DNA of 63,931 nucleotides, filler included, from Octopus bimaculoides (GCF_001194135.2; 5 parts of 5 records of this genome joined end to end with filler, not necessarily neighbours in it); one strand, 5' to 3'. Shown: positions 26,299 to 37,607, counted from the whole stretch's first letter. Numbers and translations are program-made. The notes: generated by a model not told the origin, from the sequence alone.

Positions 26299-26374
<76 letters not shown>

Positions 26375-26375
26375 C

Positions 26376-26406
<31 letters not shown>
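26219..26406. repeat. Compound (CTGT)n/(CCAT)n/(CTAT)n tetranucleotide microsatellite
   Basis: Direct reading. Confidence 0.95.
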
Positions 26407-26902
26407 GTGTGTGAGTGTGTGTATGTGAGCTTCCCTCTTTGTTTTTATCTATCTTTACCATACGATGTCTATTTTTTATAAAGCTACATACCTGTCTGAT
26501 TATTGGCATATTCCCTTGATTATCTCCCTTTTTGTATTCTATAAACACTTAGGACATATTGTATATTTCATATCTTGCTAGCATAGAAACACGCAGGAAT
26601 TAACTAAACTCATTTCTAATTTTGGCCGAAAGCCAGCCATTTTGAATGGAGTGGTGAAGTTGACTACACCAGGTTCAACAGGTCCTTTATTTTATGAACC
26701 GCAAAATGATGAAAGGAAAAGCCAACCTCGGTGGTATTTGTGCTCAGAACGTAAAGAGTCCTCCAAAAGTAATGCCTCAAAGAATGTTTGTCCTATGTAG
26801 TAACAACTCTGTCTACTCGACAACTTAATTAACCCATACTTTTTAGGGGAGTGGGTAATTGTATATATCCAGCTATTACAGACATCAACTGGTACTTAAT
26901 AA

Positions 26903-27101
26903 ATTAAGTACCAGTTGCGTACTAGGGTCGATCTAATCGACTGTCCCCCCCCATCTAAAAAATGAAAAAACAATCGGGCCTTGTGCCTAGAGTAGAAAAG
27001 AATATGAAACGATTGAGGCGGCGAACTGGTGAAATCGTTACCACGCGAGATGCAATGCTTAGTGGCATTTCTCCTGACACTTTTCGTTCTGAGTTCAAAT
27101 T
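26903..27101 (+). mobile_element. SINE family B 3' half joined to a family B head
   Basis: ATTAAGTACCAGTTGCGTAC...CCTAGAGTAGAAAAGAATATGAAACGATTGAGGCGGCG...GAGTTCAAATT. Confidence 0.8.
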
Positions 27102-27529
27102 AATCCATATTTTTTAGGGGAGTGGGTAATTGTATATATCCAGCTATTACAGACATAATACTTACTCCATCAACCAGAAGGATTTAAAAGCAGATGATTT
27201 AGGGAGAGATTTAAATATTTAAGAATATTTCATCCGACATTCTGCCGTTGCTGTGAATCATCTGTTATCTTCATGTTTAAATATGGCTACGAAGCTTATA
27301 CTAAGGTTTACTAGTAGTATGAGTGGTCTTATTGTAAAGATTGAAACCGCATTGCATTCACAGCCTGCTGCAAGTCTACACCTTACTCTCTTTTGTCGCA
27401 ATCCATTTTTATATTGACTGGAGAACACAGTTTTTCAGAGATAGGGATATAGTTATCTCAATCAACTTCGCTAGTTGTATCATACTAATTCTTTCTAATT
27501 GTGGAACAAAGTCAGTAATTTTGAGTGAA

Positions 27530-28140
27530 GCGTAAAGTCGATTATATCGACACAACTGCTTGACTGGTACCTATTTTATCGATCCTTAAATGAACTCAAC
27601 CTCGGCAGCATTTGAACTCAGAACGGAAAGGGTCAGGAGAAATGTCACCAAGCATTGTATCTCGCGTGGTAACGATTCCACCAGCTCGCCGCCTCAATCG
27701 TTTCGTATTCTTTTCTACTCAAGGCACAAGGCCCGAAATTTTTGGGGAGCAGACCAGTCGATTAGATCGACCCCAGTACGCAACTGATACGTAATCTATC
27801 GACATCGAAAGGCTGAAAAGCAGAGTCGAACTCTGCAGAATTTGAACTCAGAACGTAAAGACGGACGAAATACCGCTGAGCATTTCGTCCGGCATGTTAA
27901 CGATTCTTATTTCTTTACTGTCCACAAGGGGCTACACACAGAGGGGACAAACAAGGACAGACAAACGGATAAAGTCGATTATATCGAAACCAGTGCGTAA
28001 CTGGTACTTAATTTAATCGACCCCGAAAGGATGAAAGGCAAAGTCGACCTTGGCGGAATTTGAACTCAACGTAAAGACGGATGAAATACTGCTAAGCATT
28101 TCATCCGGCGTGCTAACATTTCTGCCAGCTCGCCGCCTTT
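27530..28140 (-). mobile_element. Three tandem SINE family B copies
   Basis: Three ATTTGAACTC B-box motifs (about 27610, 27840, 28060), each with its body; the middle head is truncated. Confidence 0.85.
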
Positions 28141-28716
28141 CAATCGCTTAATATTAACGAACGTAAAATGAAAAGCAACTCATGACTCCGTTGGAGATTG
28201 AACTGGAGACACAGAACATAGAAATTAAATCATTGTAGTTCATTTATATTCAGTGCCCTTCCCATCCTGCTTCATTATAGGCCTTCTTATAATAATAACT
28301 ACAATTTCTTTTGTAGAAGAGCACTTCATTTTGTTAACTTCCAATTTACGAAGTTCTACTGATAATTATTACGCGAATATATTCATGATCGAATCACATT
28401 TAATTACAAATGAAGAAAAATATAATATAGTGCAATATAATAAAAGAATATATGATATTATATATATATGTATATGTATATAACCAATAAAGAATATAAT
28501 TAATTTTGATAGAAAAAAACAACAAATATCGTAGTTACATTACATTGGATATAAATTACAGTTCTAATCAATTTGCCGTCTATTGTTCAAAGATAAGGCA
28601 AAATTTAATTATAAATGGTTAGTAATAAACCTCAGAGAATATTTGGAATACAAATTAGACAGCAGCTTCTCAAGTAAAGATCTATTATATTACATTGTTA
28701 TTGCTATATTATGCAA

Positions 28717-28753
<37 letters not shown>

Positions 28754-29598
28754 TATGTGGTATATCTGTGAGTGTGTGTGTGAATGAATACACGTGTATG
28801 TATCTGTAACTGTGTACCTATACAAAGGCTCACAAATGACTCCCATATTTATCAGATTGTGTTCAGTAATCTTCGACAATGTTGTTCTAGCAAAGATTTG
28901 TTTTCTAACGATACGTTTCCATCTTCCAACATTACTTTCGATACAAGTAAATATCGTCCAAGAATATCAAAGCTAAGTCAAACTTTGAAATACTCCACAC
29001 ATTCCGCATTCCTTGGCTTGGAAATTTCGTGTCAGAAGACGTCGCTCAACATGGCGCCTGTAAGTTCGAGGATCAGCGGGAATATCTGGACTCATTCTTT
29101 TCGAAATCAGTCGTGTACACTTACAATCAGATGATATTTATGTCGGGGCAATTCAGTTTGGCTGCTATTTTTAACACATCGTGCGACCACACTGAAGATT
29201 ACCCGTTGGCTCAAATATAATACAACCCTGTTGGTGTCGACACGATGTGCTTTAATCTCTCGCCCATTTGATGTCACTAAGACTTCGATACCTGCAAAAG
29301 TTATTGTTACAGCAACTTTGCTCAATATATATATATATATATATAAATATATATATATANNNNNNNNNNNNNNNNNNNNNNNNNNNNNNNNNNNNNNNNN
29401 NNNNNNNNNNNNNNNNNNNNNNNNNNNNNNNNNNNNNNNNNNNNNNNNNNNNNNNNNNNNNNNNNNNNNNNNNNNNNNNNNNNNNNNNNNNNNNNNNNNN
29501 NNNNNNNNNNNNNNNNNNNNNNNNNNNNNNNNNNNNNNNNNNNNNNNNNNNNNNNNNNNNNNNNNNNNNNNNNNNNNNNNNNNNNNNNNNNNNNNNNN

Positions 29599-29780
29599 TT
29601 TGTTTATTTACCAACACAGGAACATGTATCATACATCAAAATGAAGCTGGTCCTCTGTGGATCACATCCTTACTTCTCAACATAGTCACCGTTTCTCTCA
29701 ATAGAAATGTTCCACCTTCAAATGAAAGCATGTATCTCTGCCCTGTAAATTTCTGTTAACTGTTCTTTGAGCCACTTCTT
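29599..29780 (-). pseudogene. Mariner (DD34D-like) transposase C-terminus and 3' UTR
   Basis: KKWLKEQLTEIYRAEIHAFI*RWNISIERNGDYVEK* (stop at 29670-29672); NGDYVEK end is typical of Mos1/Hsmar-type transposases. Confidence 0.8.
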
Positions 29781-30209
29781 CTCGGGGCTGTGCTGGAAGG
29801 CTTGCCGAACTTGTTCAGCCGTATCATCTGAAGTTGAGGGGCGTCCTGTTCTCTTTGCGGGGCACGAATACCCCTCCTTCTTAAATTTTGCTAGCCAATT
29901 CTAAATGGAATGTCTGTCTGGTGCCTGCTTCGTATACGTTGTGCAAAGCTTGCGTTGAACACGTGTCTATAATTCAGTTTTAGCGTATTCTAGGACGCAA
30001 AATGACATCTCTTGTTTTGTGAATAACAATACTGGATCTGAAAAGAGACAAAATCCAAAATTAAATTAAATTAAATTAAATTAAAATTAAATTAACAGAA
30101 GAAAGCTTGATAGTTTTAGTTTTTAAATGGTACCAATTCAATTATACTTGCCATTTGCACTTTATGATATAAGTGTTCTTAGAATGTGACAGACTTTTGA
30201 AACACTCTA
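29781..30209 (-). pseudogene. 5' part of a DD37D/DD41D-like Tc1/mariner element (DUF4817-type HTH)
   Basis: KQEMSFCVLEYAKTEL*TRVQRKL...PDRHSI*NWLAKFKKEG...KRTGRPSTSDDTAEQVRQAFQHSP; TIR-like TA|TAGAGTGTTTCAAAAG at 30209. Confidence 0.75.
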
Positions 30210-30395
30210 TATTATATCGACTTACGTATTTGATTGCTACAAAGTTAACGTGGGGCGACTCAAATTTGGGCCACAAAGGGACATAACCAAATATAAGGGA
30301 ATATTTTACCAGTTCAAATATGCTTCAAGCACGTTATTTACATCATTTACTTTATTTACATTTGACGGATATTTGTCCTCATCTTATTTGCTGTT

Positions 30396-30441
30396 AGCAC
30401 AACGTTTCGACTGATATACCCTCCAGCTTTCATCAGGTGTC
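30396..30441 (-). ncRNA. Minimal type I hammerhead ribozyme, weakened copy
   Basis: GACAC-CTGATGA-A-AGCTG-loop-CAGTC-GAAA-CGTT-GTGCT; core intact, but A.C mismatch closes helix II and there is one mismatch in helix I. Confidence 0.6.
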
Positions 30442-30487
30442 TTGGGGAAATTTCGAACCTGGGTTCTCATTCCTGAAGTATTTTCGA

Positions 30488-30527
<40 letters not shown>

Positions 30528-30569
30528 CTTCTTCTTCTTCTTCTTCTTCTTCTTCTTCTTCTTCTTCTT

Positions 30570-30600
<31 letters not shown>

Positions 30601-30681
30601 TTATTATTATTATTATTATTATTATTTTATTATTATTATTCATACCTTAGGAATGAGAACCCAGGTTCGAAATTTACCCAA

Positions 30682-30727
30682 GACACCTGATGAAGGCTGG
30701 AGGGTATATCAGCCGAAACGTTGTGTT
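30682..30727 (+). ncRNA. Minimal type I hammerhead ribozyme, intact core
   Basis: Helix I GACAC/GTGTT, core CTGATGA (30687-30693) plus an extra A, helix II GGCTG/CAGCC with 10-nt loop, GAAA (30715-30718), palindromic ACGT helix III, predicted GUU cleavage after 30722. Confidence 0.8.
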
Positions 30728-31409
30728 AGCAACAAGGAAGATGAAGACAAATGTCCGTCAAATGTAAATAATGTAAATAACGTACATAATTCCTCATCTC
30801 TTAAATATAGAACTGTATTATGCTTCAAGCATAATCGAACCCGTAATAACACCATTCACTGTATTTGTAATGGAGTTTCTTGCTGTAGACAGATAGGCGT
30901 ACACACACCGAACCAGTTCGCAGCGCCCCACAACCAGGGAATAGTTTTTTCTCTCCATCTCTCTACCAATTCACCATTTTTCTTCAAGTAAAATCCAAGA
31001 ATTACTGTGGAATTTTATCCATTTCTTCTTCATTCCAAATTCTTCTGTTCAATTCCAATCTGTTGCTACGTTGTTCACTTTAACTCATGATAATTGCAAA
31101 ACAGTTTCCTTCCATCTTTAACGTTCTCTCAACATCCACCCACCCACCCGAGCTCACCCGTCTTTTTCCTTCCTCCTTCTTTTTCTCGCTTCTTCCTGCT
31201 TTAATTATTTTATTTTATTTCTTAGTTTTTTCTTCTTGACTTGCTTGTTTTGTTTTGTTCTTTTAATATTTTCTTTCGTTATATTTCTGAATTTCATTTA
31301 AATGCTAATTTTTGGAAAAATTAGAAGCAATAAAATAAAACCAAAAAAAAAAAAAAGAAATCAATGAATATATATTTGTCGTCGCTGGACACATTGTAGC
31401 TAGGCGCTT

Positions 31410-31630
31410 GCGAGGTTGATGATGATGATGATGATGATAGTGGTGCTAATGATGATGATGATGATGATGATGACAATGGTGATGGCGATGGTGGTGGTGA
31501 GGATGGTGGTGATGATGATGATGGTGATGACGATATTGATATTGGTAGTGCAGTAATGATAATAATAACGATAATAACAATGACGATGATGACGATGATG
31601 ATGATGACGATGATGATGAGGATAATAATA

Positions 31631-31670
<40 letters not shown>

Positions 31671-31957
31671 CGATGATGATGATGATGATGATGATGATAT
31701 ACGGTGCTGCTGCTGATAGTCATAATATTAACAATGGTAATGGCAAAATGACTACTACGTCTAATACTAATACAACTGTTGATGGTCGTAGTGATGGTGG
31801 TGGTGGTGGTGGTGGTAGTGGTGGTAGTGGTGGTGGTGGTAGTGGTGGTGGTGGTGATGGTGGTGGTGGTGATGAATATGTGTAGGTTGAGCTGGAAGAG
31901 AGACAAGCGTGTCGCAAATGTGAGAGGAAATTTCACTGTTGTTGCTGTTGTTGTTGC

Positions 31958-31990
<33 letters not shown>

Positions 31991-32180
31991 CGCTGTTGTA
32001 GATGATGATGCTTGTAATTGAAGTGGTAATAATGACAAAGTTCATGTCGAGATGGACGTGATAATATGCGTGTGGAGTTTGGCGATAATTACAATAGTGA
32101 GAATAATAACGATGATGATGATGATGATGGTGGTGATGGTGGGGTTGACGTTGATGGGGTGGTGAGGGTAACCATGATAT
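31410..32180. repeat. Compound (GAT)n/(GGT)n/(GTT)n low-complexity tract
   Basis: Direct reading. Confidence 0.9.
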
Positions 32181-33209
32181 TGGTAANNNNNNNNNNNNNN
32201 NNNNNNNNNNNNNNNNNNNNNNNNNNNNNNNNNNNNNNNNNNNNNNNNNNNNNNNNNNNNNNNNNNNNNNNNNNNNNNNNNNNNNNAAAAAAAAACCCAG
32301 TAAAAACCCCAACATTAAACGAACAAGAAAGAAGAAAGAATGCAAAAGAAGGAAATGAGTCATGTCTCTACTGAACAGCGATTGATTCGGAAAAATATAT
32401 TTCTGTATTTTTAATTAATTTCTAGAACCTTCTCGAGTAATACGAATGAACCATCGCTGAAATGTATTTATCGCAATCCTTGTCAATAGTTAAGTTGATT
32501 GATTTCTAATTAAAATAGAAATTTTAATGACATTCATTACACATTATTTGAATATCAGAAGCAAACTGTTTGTTCGTATAGATAACGGTAACTTATTTTC
32601 ATATAAATCAGGGTTTCCGGATTTCTACATTTTTGGTCTTTTGTATTCTTGTATACTTTTGGTTCTGAGGAAGATATAACACTCGAGGAAATAGTTTGAT
32701 ATTCACAGTGATAAAGAGAAAAGATAAAAGAACGAGGTTTGCTGTTTCGTTATAGGAAGAAGAAATACCAAGTCTTGTTTACGTAGAAGGCAACACAAAT
32801 GACGAGTTGTAATGTAAGTGAGCATAGAAAATACATTTCTAAAACTCTCAGAGAGATTTATGTAGTAGCAACACGATAATGTGATAGTATGTTGTCAACT
32901 TAATGTGACAGTCCTATGTATTATTTCTATTTTCAAAAATCAGTGAATATATTTCACTTGAAATATGTTTTCAAAGACGGATAGGCATCGACAACTAGCA
33001 AGCCATGCTACTCCAGACTGATGATGAGCAATGACTCTGAAACTAGCCTCTGGATGCTGGCTTTGCTGGGTAGAGGTGCTTATCTCCACTTTGAAAGCAT
33101 AAGGGCACAGGAAATGTGTCAAGTCCAACAGGAAACGGTGTTTCCTAGGGCTAAATAACAGTAGCATTCTTCCATTTCATGGAAGTTGACAACATACTAT
33201 CACTGTAAC

Positions 33210-34930
33210 TGAGCATGTCTAAAATAAAATCATTCATGATTTTTCTGCTTCTTTAACAAACCAAAACCAGTGACCCTTCGTGTCAAGCAGCTTTTGCTCC
33301 TTGTCTTTTCCATTCCTTTTAGTGAATCTAATCTTCGACGACTCTTCATGATAATCCGGCTGTTCCCAACCAGCAAACTCTTTACAACCTTCCTAACATC
33401 AGCCACTAATCTACTTTAATCTTCTTTATCCATTTGTCCTTCATTGTCCCTAATGCTTCTACGATTACTGGTATGACATCTACTTTCTTCATTTTCCACA
33501 TTCTGAGGATTTCATACTTGTAATTTGAGAACGCTTTTTGCTTTTCTTTCCATTCGTGTGTCAAACGGACATGATGGGTTAGTAAAAAGACATGGCTTAT
33601 GAATTTTATCAACAAACATGATGTCAGGTTTGCTGTACTCCAAGTGTTTCTCTATTTGTAAGAGATTCTACAATTCTCTGATTCAAATATTCTCTCAGGT
33701 TGTTTATACCACGTCTTCCTCTGCTCCACTTCTGTCAAAGCTTCCAATGTATGCCTCGAGTAACTTGATCCTGTCACCATTTTTTGTCCTCTCTGTGTGC
33801 AGGCCTCGGGTATTTAGACACAAAATGGGCCCCCATCTCATCATAGATACAGTATAATCACCACATGTCTCTACTTTTGGCGTTTATAGTAATAGAATGG
33901 TCTTCACCAACCTCAATGGAATTCTAAGTTTCTTTTCTCAAATTTCCTTTTTTAAGTCAATCCCAACAATTATCTCCTCTTACTTCATCCACTGCCTTCC
34001 AAAATTGACCTTATAAGGGCCTGTTTTTTGTGCGCTTCTAGTTTAACATTATTCTTATACAGGGTATTCAATTTAAAAGTTAACTCAATTGTATTTATTA
34101 ATAGTTATAAAGAATGTGCAATATTATGGACAAGCCTACTTTTATTAAAACGCTCATTCAAAAGTTATAACGTCAAACTTTTAAATCAGAAAATTAATTG
34201 CCTGCTTTGTTGGCGGAGGCACATTTGGATATTCGCTCTTGAAATCGTTAACACAATTGTCAAAGGAGTAAATCTATCGCCCATTGATAAAATGTCCTGA
34301 TCTAAAATAAGGTTCCACAATAGATGAACGTTGCTGCATTGATTAGACCATTACGACTCCAGAAGAAACCTTGAATGAATGCGTTACACTTGTAAAAAAG
34401 GCTAAAATCAATTTGGCATAGCGATCCATTCAGGGAGAGCTAATCTGAGCCGATCAGAGAAAGTTAATCTGAGCCAATAAGTGAGGGCTAATCTGAGCCA
34501 ATCAGAGAGAGCCAATATTTTGACAGTTAATCAATTGAGTCACCTTTTAAATTGAACACCCTGTATATATTAAGTTCGGTGGAATTTCCTCAGGATCTTG
34601 TTGCAATTTCCCAGTGTTTTTCTCTTCATCTAACACTGCTGTGCTTTCCTAGTCATTTTGCTTTCCTTTATCATTTGAGTTAATTCTAAATCTTTTGCAA
34701 CTGTTTCCTCGTATTCTGTGTCTTTATCAGTCTCTTCTGCTGAATTTCCGATTTGTCTTCTCGTCTCCTCATTTATTATTTCTGTTCTGATTGCTCCAGC
34801 TTGGTCAGCTAGCGTTCATTTGACCTCAAAGACACCTTTTTGTCTCTCCCATACTTGCTTCGTCCTTTGTCTGTAAGAGTTCCTAATTGATACCCTTCTA
34901 ATAAAATCCATCATCATGATTTTATTGACC
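33210..34930 (-). mobile_element. Internally deleted R4/Dong-type (RLE) LINE, interrupted by a MITE
   Basis: 3' part: WYKQPEKIFESENCRI, SKPDIM, YKYEILRMWKMKKVDVIPVIVEALGT, CWLGTA; 5' part (34570-34930): QVWERQKGVFEV..LADQAGAIRTE, resembling R4/Dong N-termini; no RT core seen. Confidence 0.75.
34060..34563 (-). mobile_element. 504-bp Tc1/mariner deletion derivative (MITE)
   Basis: TA|CAGGGTATTCAATTTAAAAGTTAACTCAATTG ... CAATTGAGTCACCTTTTAAATTGAACACCCTG|TA; internal remnant NCVNDFKSEYPNVPPPTKQAI is DUF4817-like. Confidence 0.9.
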
Positions 34931-35494
34931 GCATTATAGCATTTTCTCCGGTGTCCAGTCTGGTCAGTCGTTTAATGACAACCTAGAAGGGCCTGTCCAG
35001 CCTCTCTCTACTTACCAGACAAGGGTCCTTCACAGTCATGGGTTCGATCCCTATTTATATAATTAGTTGTTTCAATTGAATCTATTCATTATTTTCATGA
35101 GTTTTTTTTGGTTTGATGGCGTTTCCCTCCCCTTCGTGTTTGTTTTTATCGAGACGCCATCATTAGGAAAGTTCCTGACCAAGACTCAACAACTCTTTCT
35201 ATTCCTATGAAGACTTATATTCTGCGCTAGATATTAACTCGGATTTATTCCAACATTGGGGATCTTTATCGTTTGGAAAGATTACCTTCACCGTGGATGT
35301 TCCTTAACATCGACACACTATTTACATCCGCAGTAAAGAAAGAAAGACAATTCATGCTGAATGGACGTTGGCGGGCTACGTCCATTGTCCGGCAGCGTGT
35401 GCACGTCTTGGTCTTTTTCTGAATAATCACTGACGAGAATATATCGAAGGGATTTGAAAGTAATTAATTATTTAGACAGCACAGGGATGTGTAC

Positions 35495-35532
<38 letters not shown>

Positions 35533-35567
35533 GGATAATAGTAATAATAATAATAATTATTATTATT

Positions 35568-35945
35568 GCAAGAGCACTCAGAAAGCACAAACATCCGCCA
35601 AAACAACACCAACATCCTCTCAACGATTAGCCAGAGATGATTTTTAAAATGAGAATATCTGAAATAAACTCGACCGCTCTCATAAACGAGAATACTAAAA
35701 ATGAACCCGATCGTTCTCAAAAATTAAGTAAAAAAAAAAACAAAAAAAAAACAGGAAAAAATAATCGAGAATTCTTGTCTGGTACCGAATTGATCCCAAA
35801 ATCCAATCAATTTATGCCAGTTACGAGGCCAAACATCCCTGAAAGTTTCATTCGAATCCATCAAGCGGTTCTTGAGATATCTTGTCCACAGACAAACAAA
35901 AACGACTGAAAACAATAGCTCCGCCTTCGCTAAGGCAGAGGTAAT
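35568..35945 (+). mobile_element. Putative Helentron/HINE-like non-autonomous element
   Basis: 5' AAGAGCACTCAG...CATCCGCCAA; 3' CAGACAAACAAA...GAAAACAATAG followed by terminal hairpin CTCCGCCTT-CGCT-AAGGCAGAG (35919-35940), flanked by (TAA/TTA)n; class assignment is from recall. Confidence 0.5.
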
Positions 35946-35959
35946 AATAATAACAACGT

Positions 35960-36360
35960 AACCACAGTCGTAAGGAAGGCTTATTTTGCAACACAGAGTT
36001 TCAGGTTCATCCCCACTGTGCGGCACCTTCGGTAAATGTCTTCTACTATAGAATCCGGGTCGACCAGTAGCTTGTGAGTGAATTTAGTGAACGGAAACTG
36101 TGTGGAAGTCCGTCGTATATGTTTATGTGTGTGTGTATGTGTGTGTGTGTGTGTTTTTCTCTCCGCCACCGCTTGACAACCAGTGTTGGTTTGTTTACAT
36201 CCTCGTAACTTAACGGTTCAGCACAAGTGACAGATAGAATGTCACCAAACGTAAATAAACAAAACAAAACGTGCTGGGGTCGATTTTTATGACCAGGCCT
36301 TCAAGGTGGCGCCCCAGCATGGCCGCAGCCTAATAACTGATCCAAATAAAAGATGACAAA
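35960..36360 (+). mobile_element. SINE family A, near full length
   Basis: CAGGTTCATCCCCACTGTGCGGCACCTTCGGTAAATGTCTTCTACTATAG, internal (TG)n, CCCCAGCATGGCCGCAG tail. Confidence 0.8.
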
Positions 36361-36864
36361 AGGGTCATAATAAGAGCGACCGTTTTAATTCTCAGCTCGC
36401 TGCCGTATCATTCGCATCGAACCGTATTCCAATTAGAACAGGGTAAAATGCTTTCCAGTCAGGTTATCGAACGAAACAGCATTACGCAATTTGATTTATT
36501 TAAAGATAGAAGGAAGTAATTGATGGAACACGTAGTTAAGCAAGGTTATCACTGTAAGTTATTAATTTAAAATTTTCATTGTTGCTTTCGTAATCATGAT
36601 TTATTAAAAATTATGGTTTTGTTTAAAGCCTACAATTTAATTTGAGATTCCAAAAGTATTAAATAATTTTTAACCAATAATAAATGTTTATTGTTTTGCT
36701 ACGTTGGTAGCGGGAATCTGATGATGGTTTTGGGATGTAATTATCTCGCCTTATGCTTGCTTGCTGGCCGTTGTCCTTAACTCATATAGTGCCGGGTTTG
36801 GAGTTTTTGAAGTAGGCTGTTTAGAATAAAGAGCCTTCCTTGGGATGTCTCAAGCAGTTACATG

Positions 36865-37140
36865 CAACACATGTAGTTAGGCGTGTTGTACCCAAGATCG
36901 CGGTTTCGATTCCCAGACCGCCTATTCATTGTGTTCTTGAGTAAACACTTCATTTCTTATTACCTCGATACAGCCAGCTGTAAACGGATGACTCTGTGAC
37001 AGATCAGCCTTCCAACCAAGAGAAATGTTGACCTGCTCAAATAGCCAGCGGGGTGGTATCATTCAAAAGCAAAAACTATGCAAAGCACATTGTGACCAGC
37101 GATGTATAACAACCTCCAATAGTCGGGTCGATCACCTGAT
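36865..37140 (+). mobile_element. tRNA/CORE-like SINE (family C-related)
   Basis: GGTTTCGATTCCCAGACC B box, then TGTGTTCTTGAGTAAACACTT. Confidence 0.65.
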
Positions 37141-37281
37141 CACAAGATTTTTTACGGCTGTTTGCAATTTTATTTGTTTTTATATATTTCATTATAACAT
37201 CCTTTTGTTTTATTTATTTTCGTCTTGATGTTGGTTAAGATCCAGGTTCAATATGTATCACTTCTGTTATTTCGCTGGTCT

Positions 37282-37607
37282 TTTATCTTTTGCTTCGTTC
37301 AGCCAAGCTGGAGTATACCTTGAAGAACTTTTGAACTTTTGCCGAACGAATCAATCTCAGTTCTTAATTTTTAAAATTTGATACTTATTCTAACGGTCTT
37401 TGGCCGAACCGCTAAATTACAGGGAACTGTTGGGACAAAAACAGACACATTATATGCGGAGGGCATCTTCAATTTTCTCTTCAAAAGAGTTTATAGTCGG
37501 CCCGAGGTTACAATAGAAGACATTTGCCCAAAGTGCCACAAACTGGGACTGAACCTGGAACCGTATGGTTGAGAAGCAAATCTGTTTACCACACGGCCAT
37601 TCCTGCG
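37282..37607 (-). mobile_element. Degenerate SINE family A
   Basis: GAAGACATTTGCCCAAAGTGCCAC...GGGACTGAACCTGGAACC...TACCACACGGCCATTCCT. Confidence 0.75.

Larger units (their letters stand above)
30332..30818. mobile_element. Inverted dimer of a hammerhead-bearing Penelope-type pseudo-LTR element, 13-bp flanking direct repeat
   Basis: Left arm about 30332-30487 (-) and right arm about 30641-30818 (+) are reverse complements, separated by (TTG)n(TTC)n(TTA)n; TATGCTTCAAGCA at 30319-30331 and 30819-30831. Confidence 0.85.

Noticed and set aside
31400-32374. His-, Met-, Thr- and Pro-rich ORFs (and similar HT/YI/CV ORFs throughout)
   Set aside because: Translations of tri- and dinucleotide microsatellites, open in several frames at once.
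33018-33048. CTGATGA...GAAA hammerhead-like motif
   Set aside because: Helix II is closed by a T.T mismatch, there is no GUH after helix III and no helix I.
35430-35452. CTGACGA-GAATATATC-GAAG possible hammerhead remnant
   Set aside because: GAAG instead of GAAA, 2-bp helix II, no helix I or III; cannot be supported.
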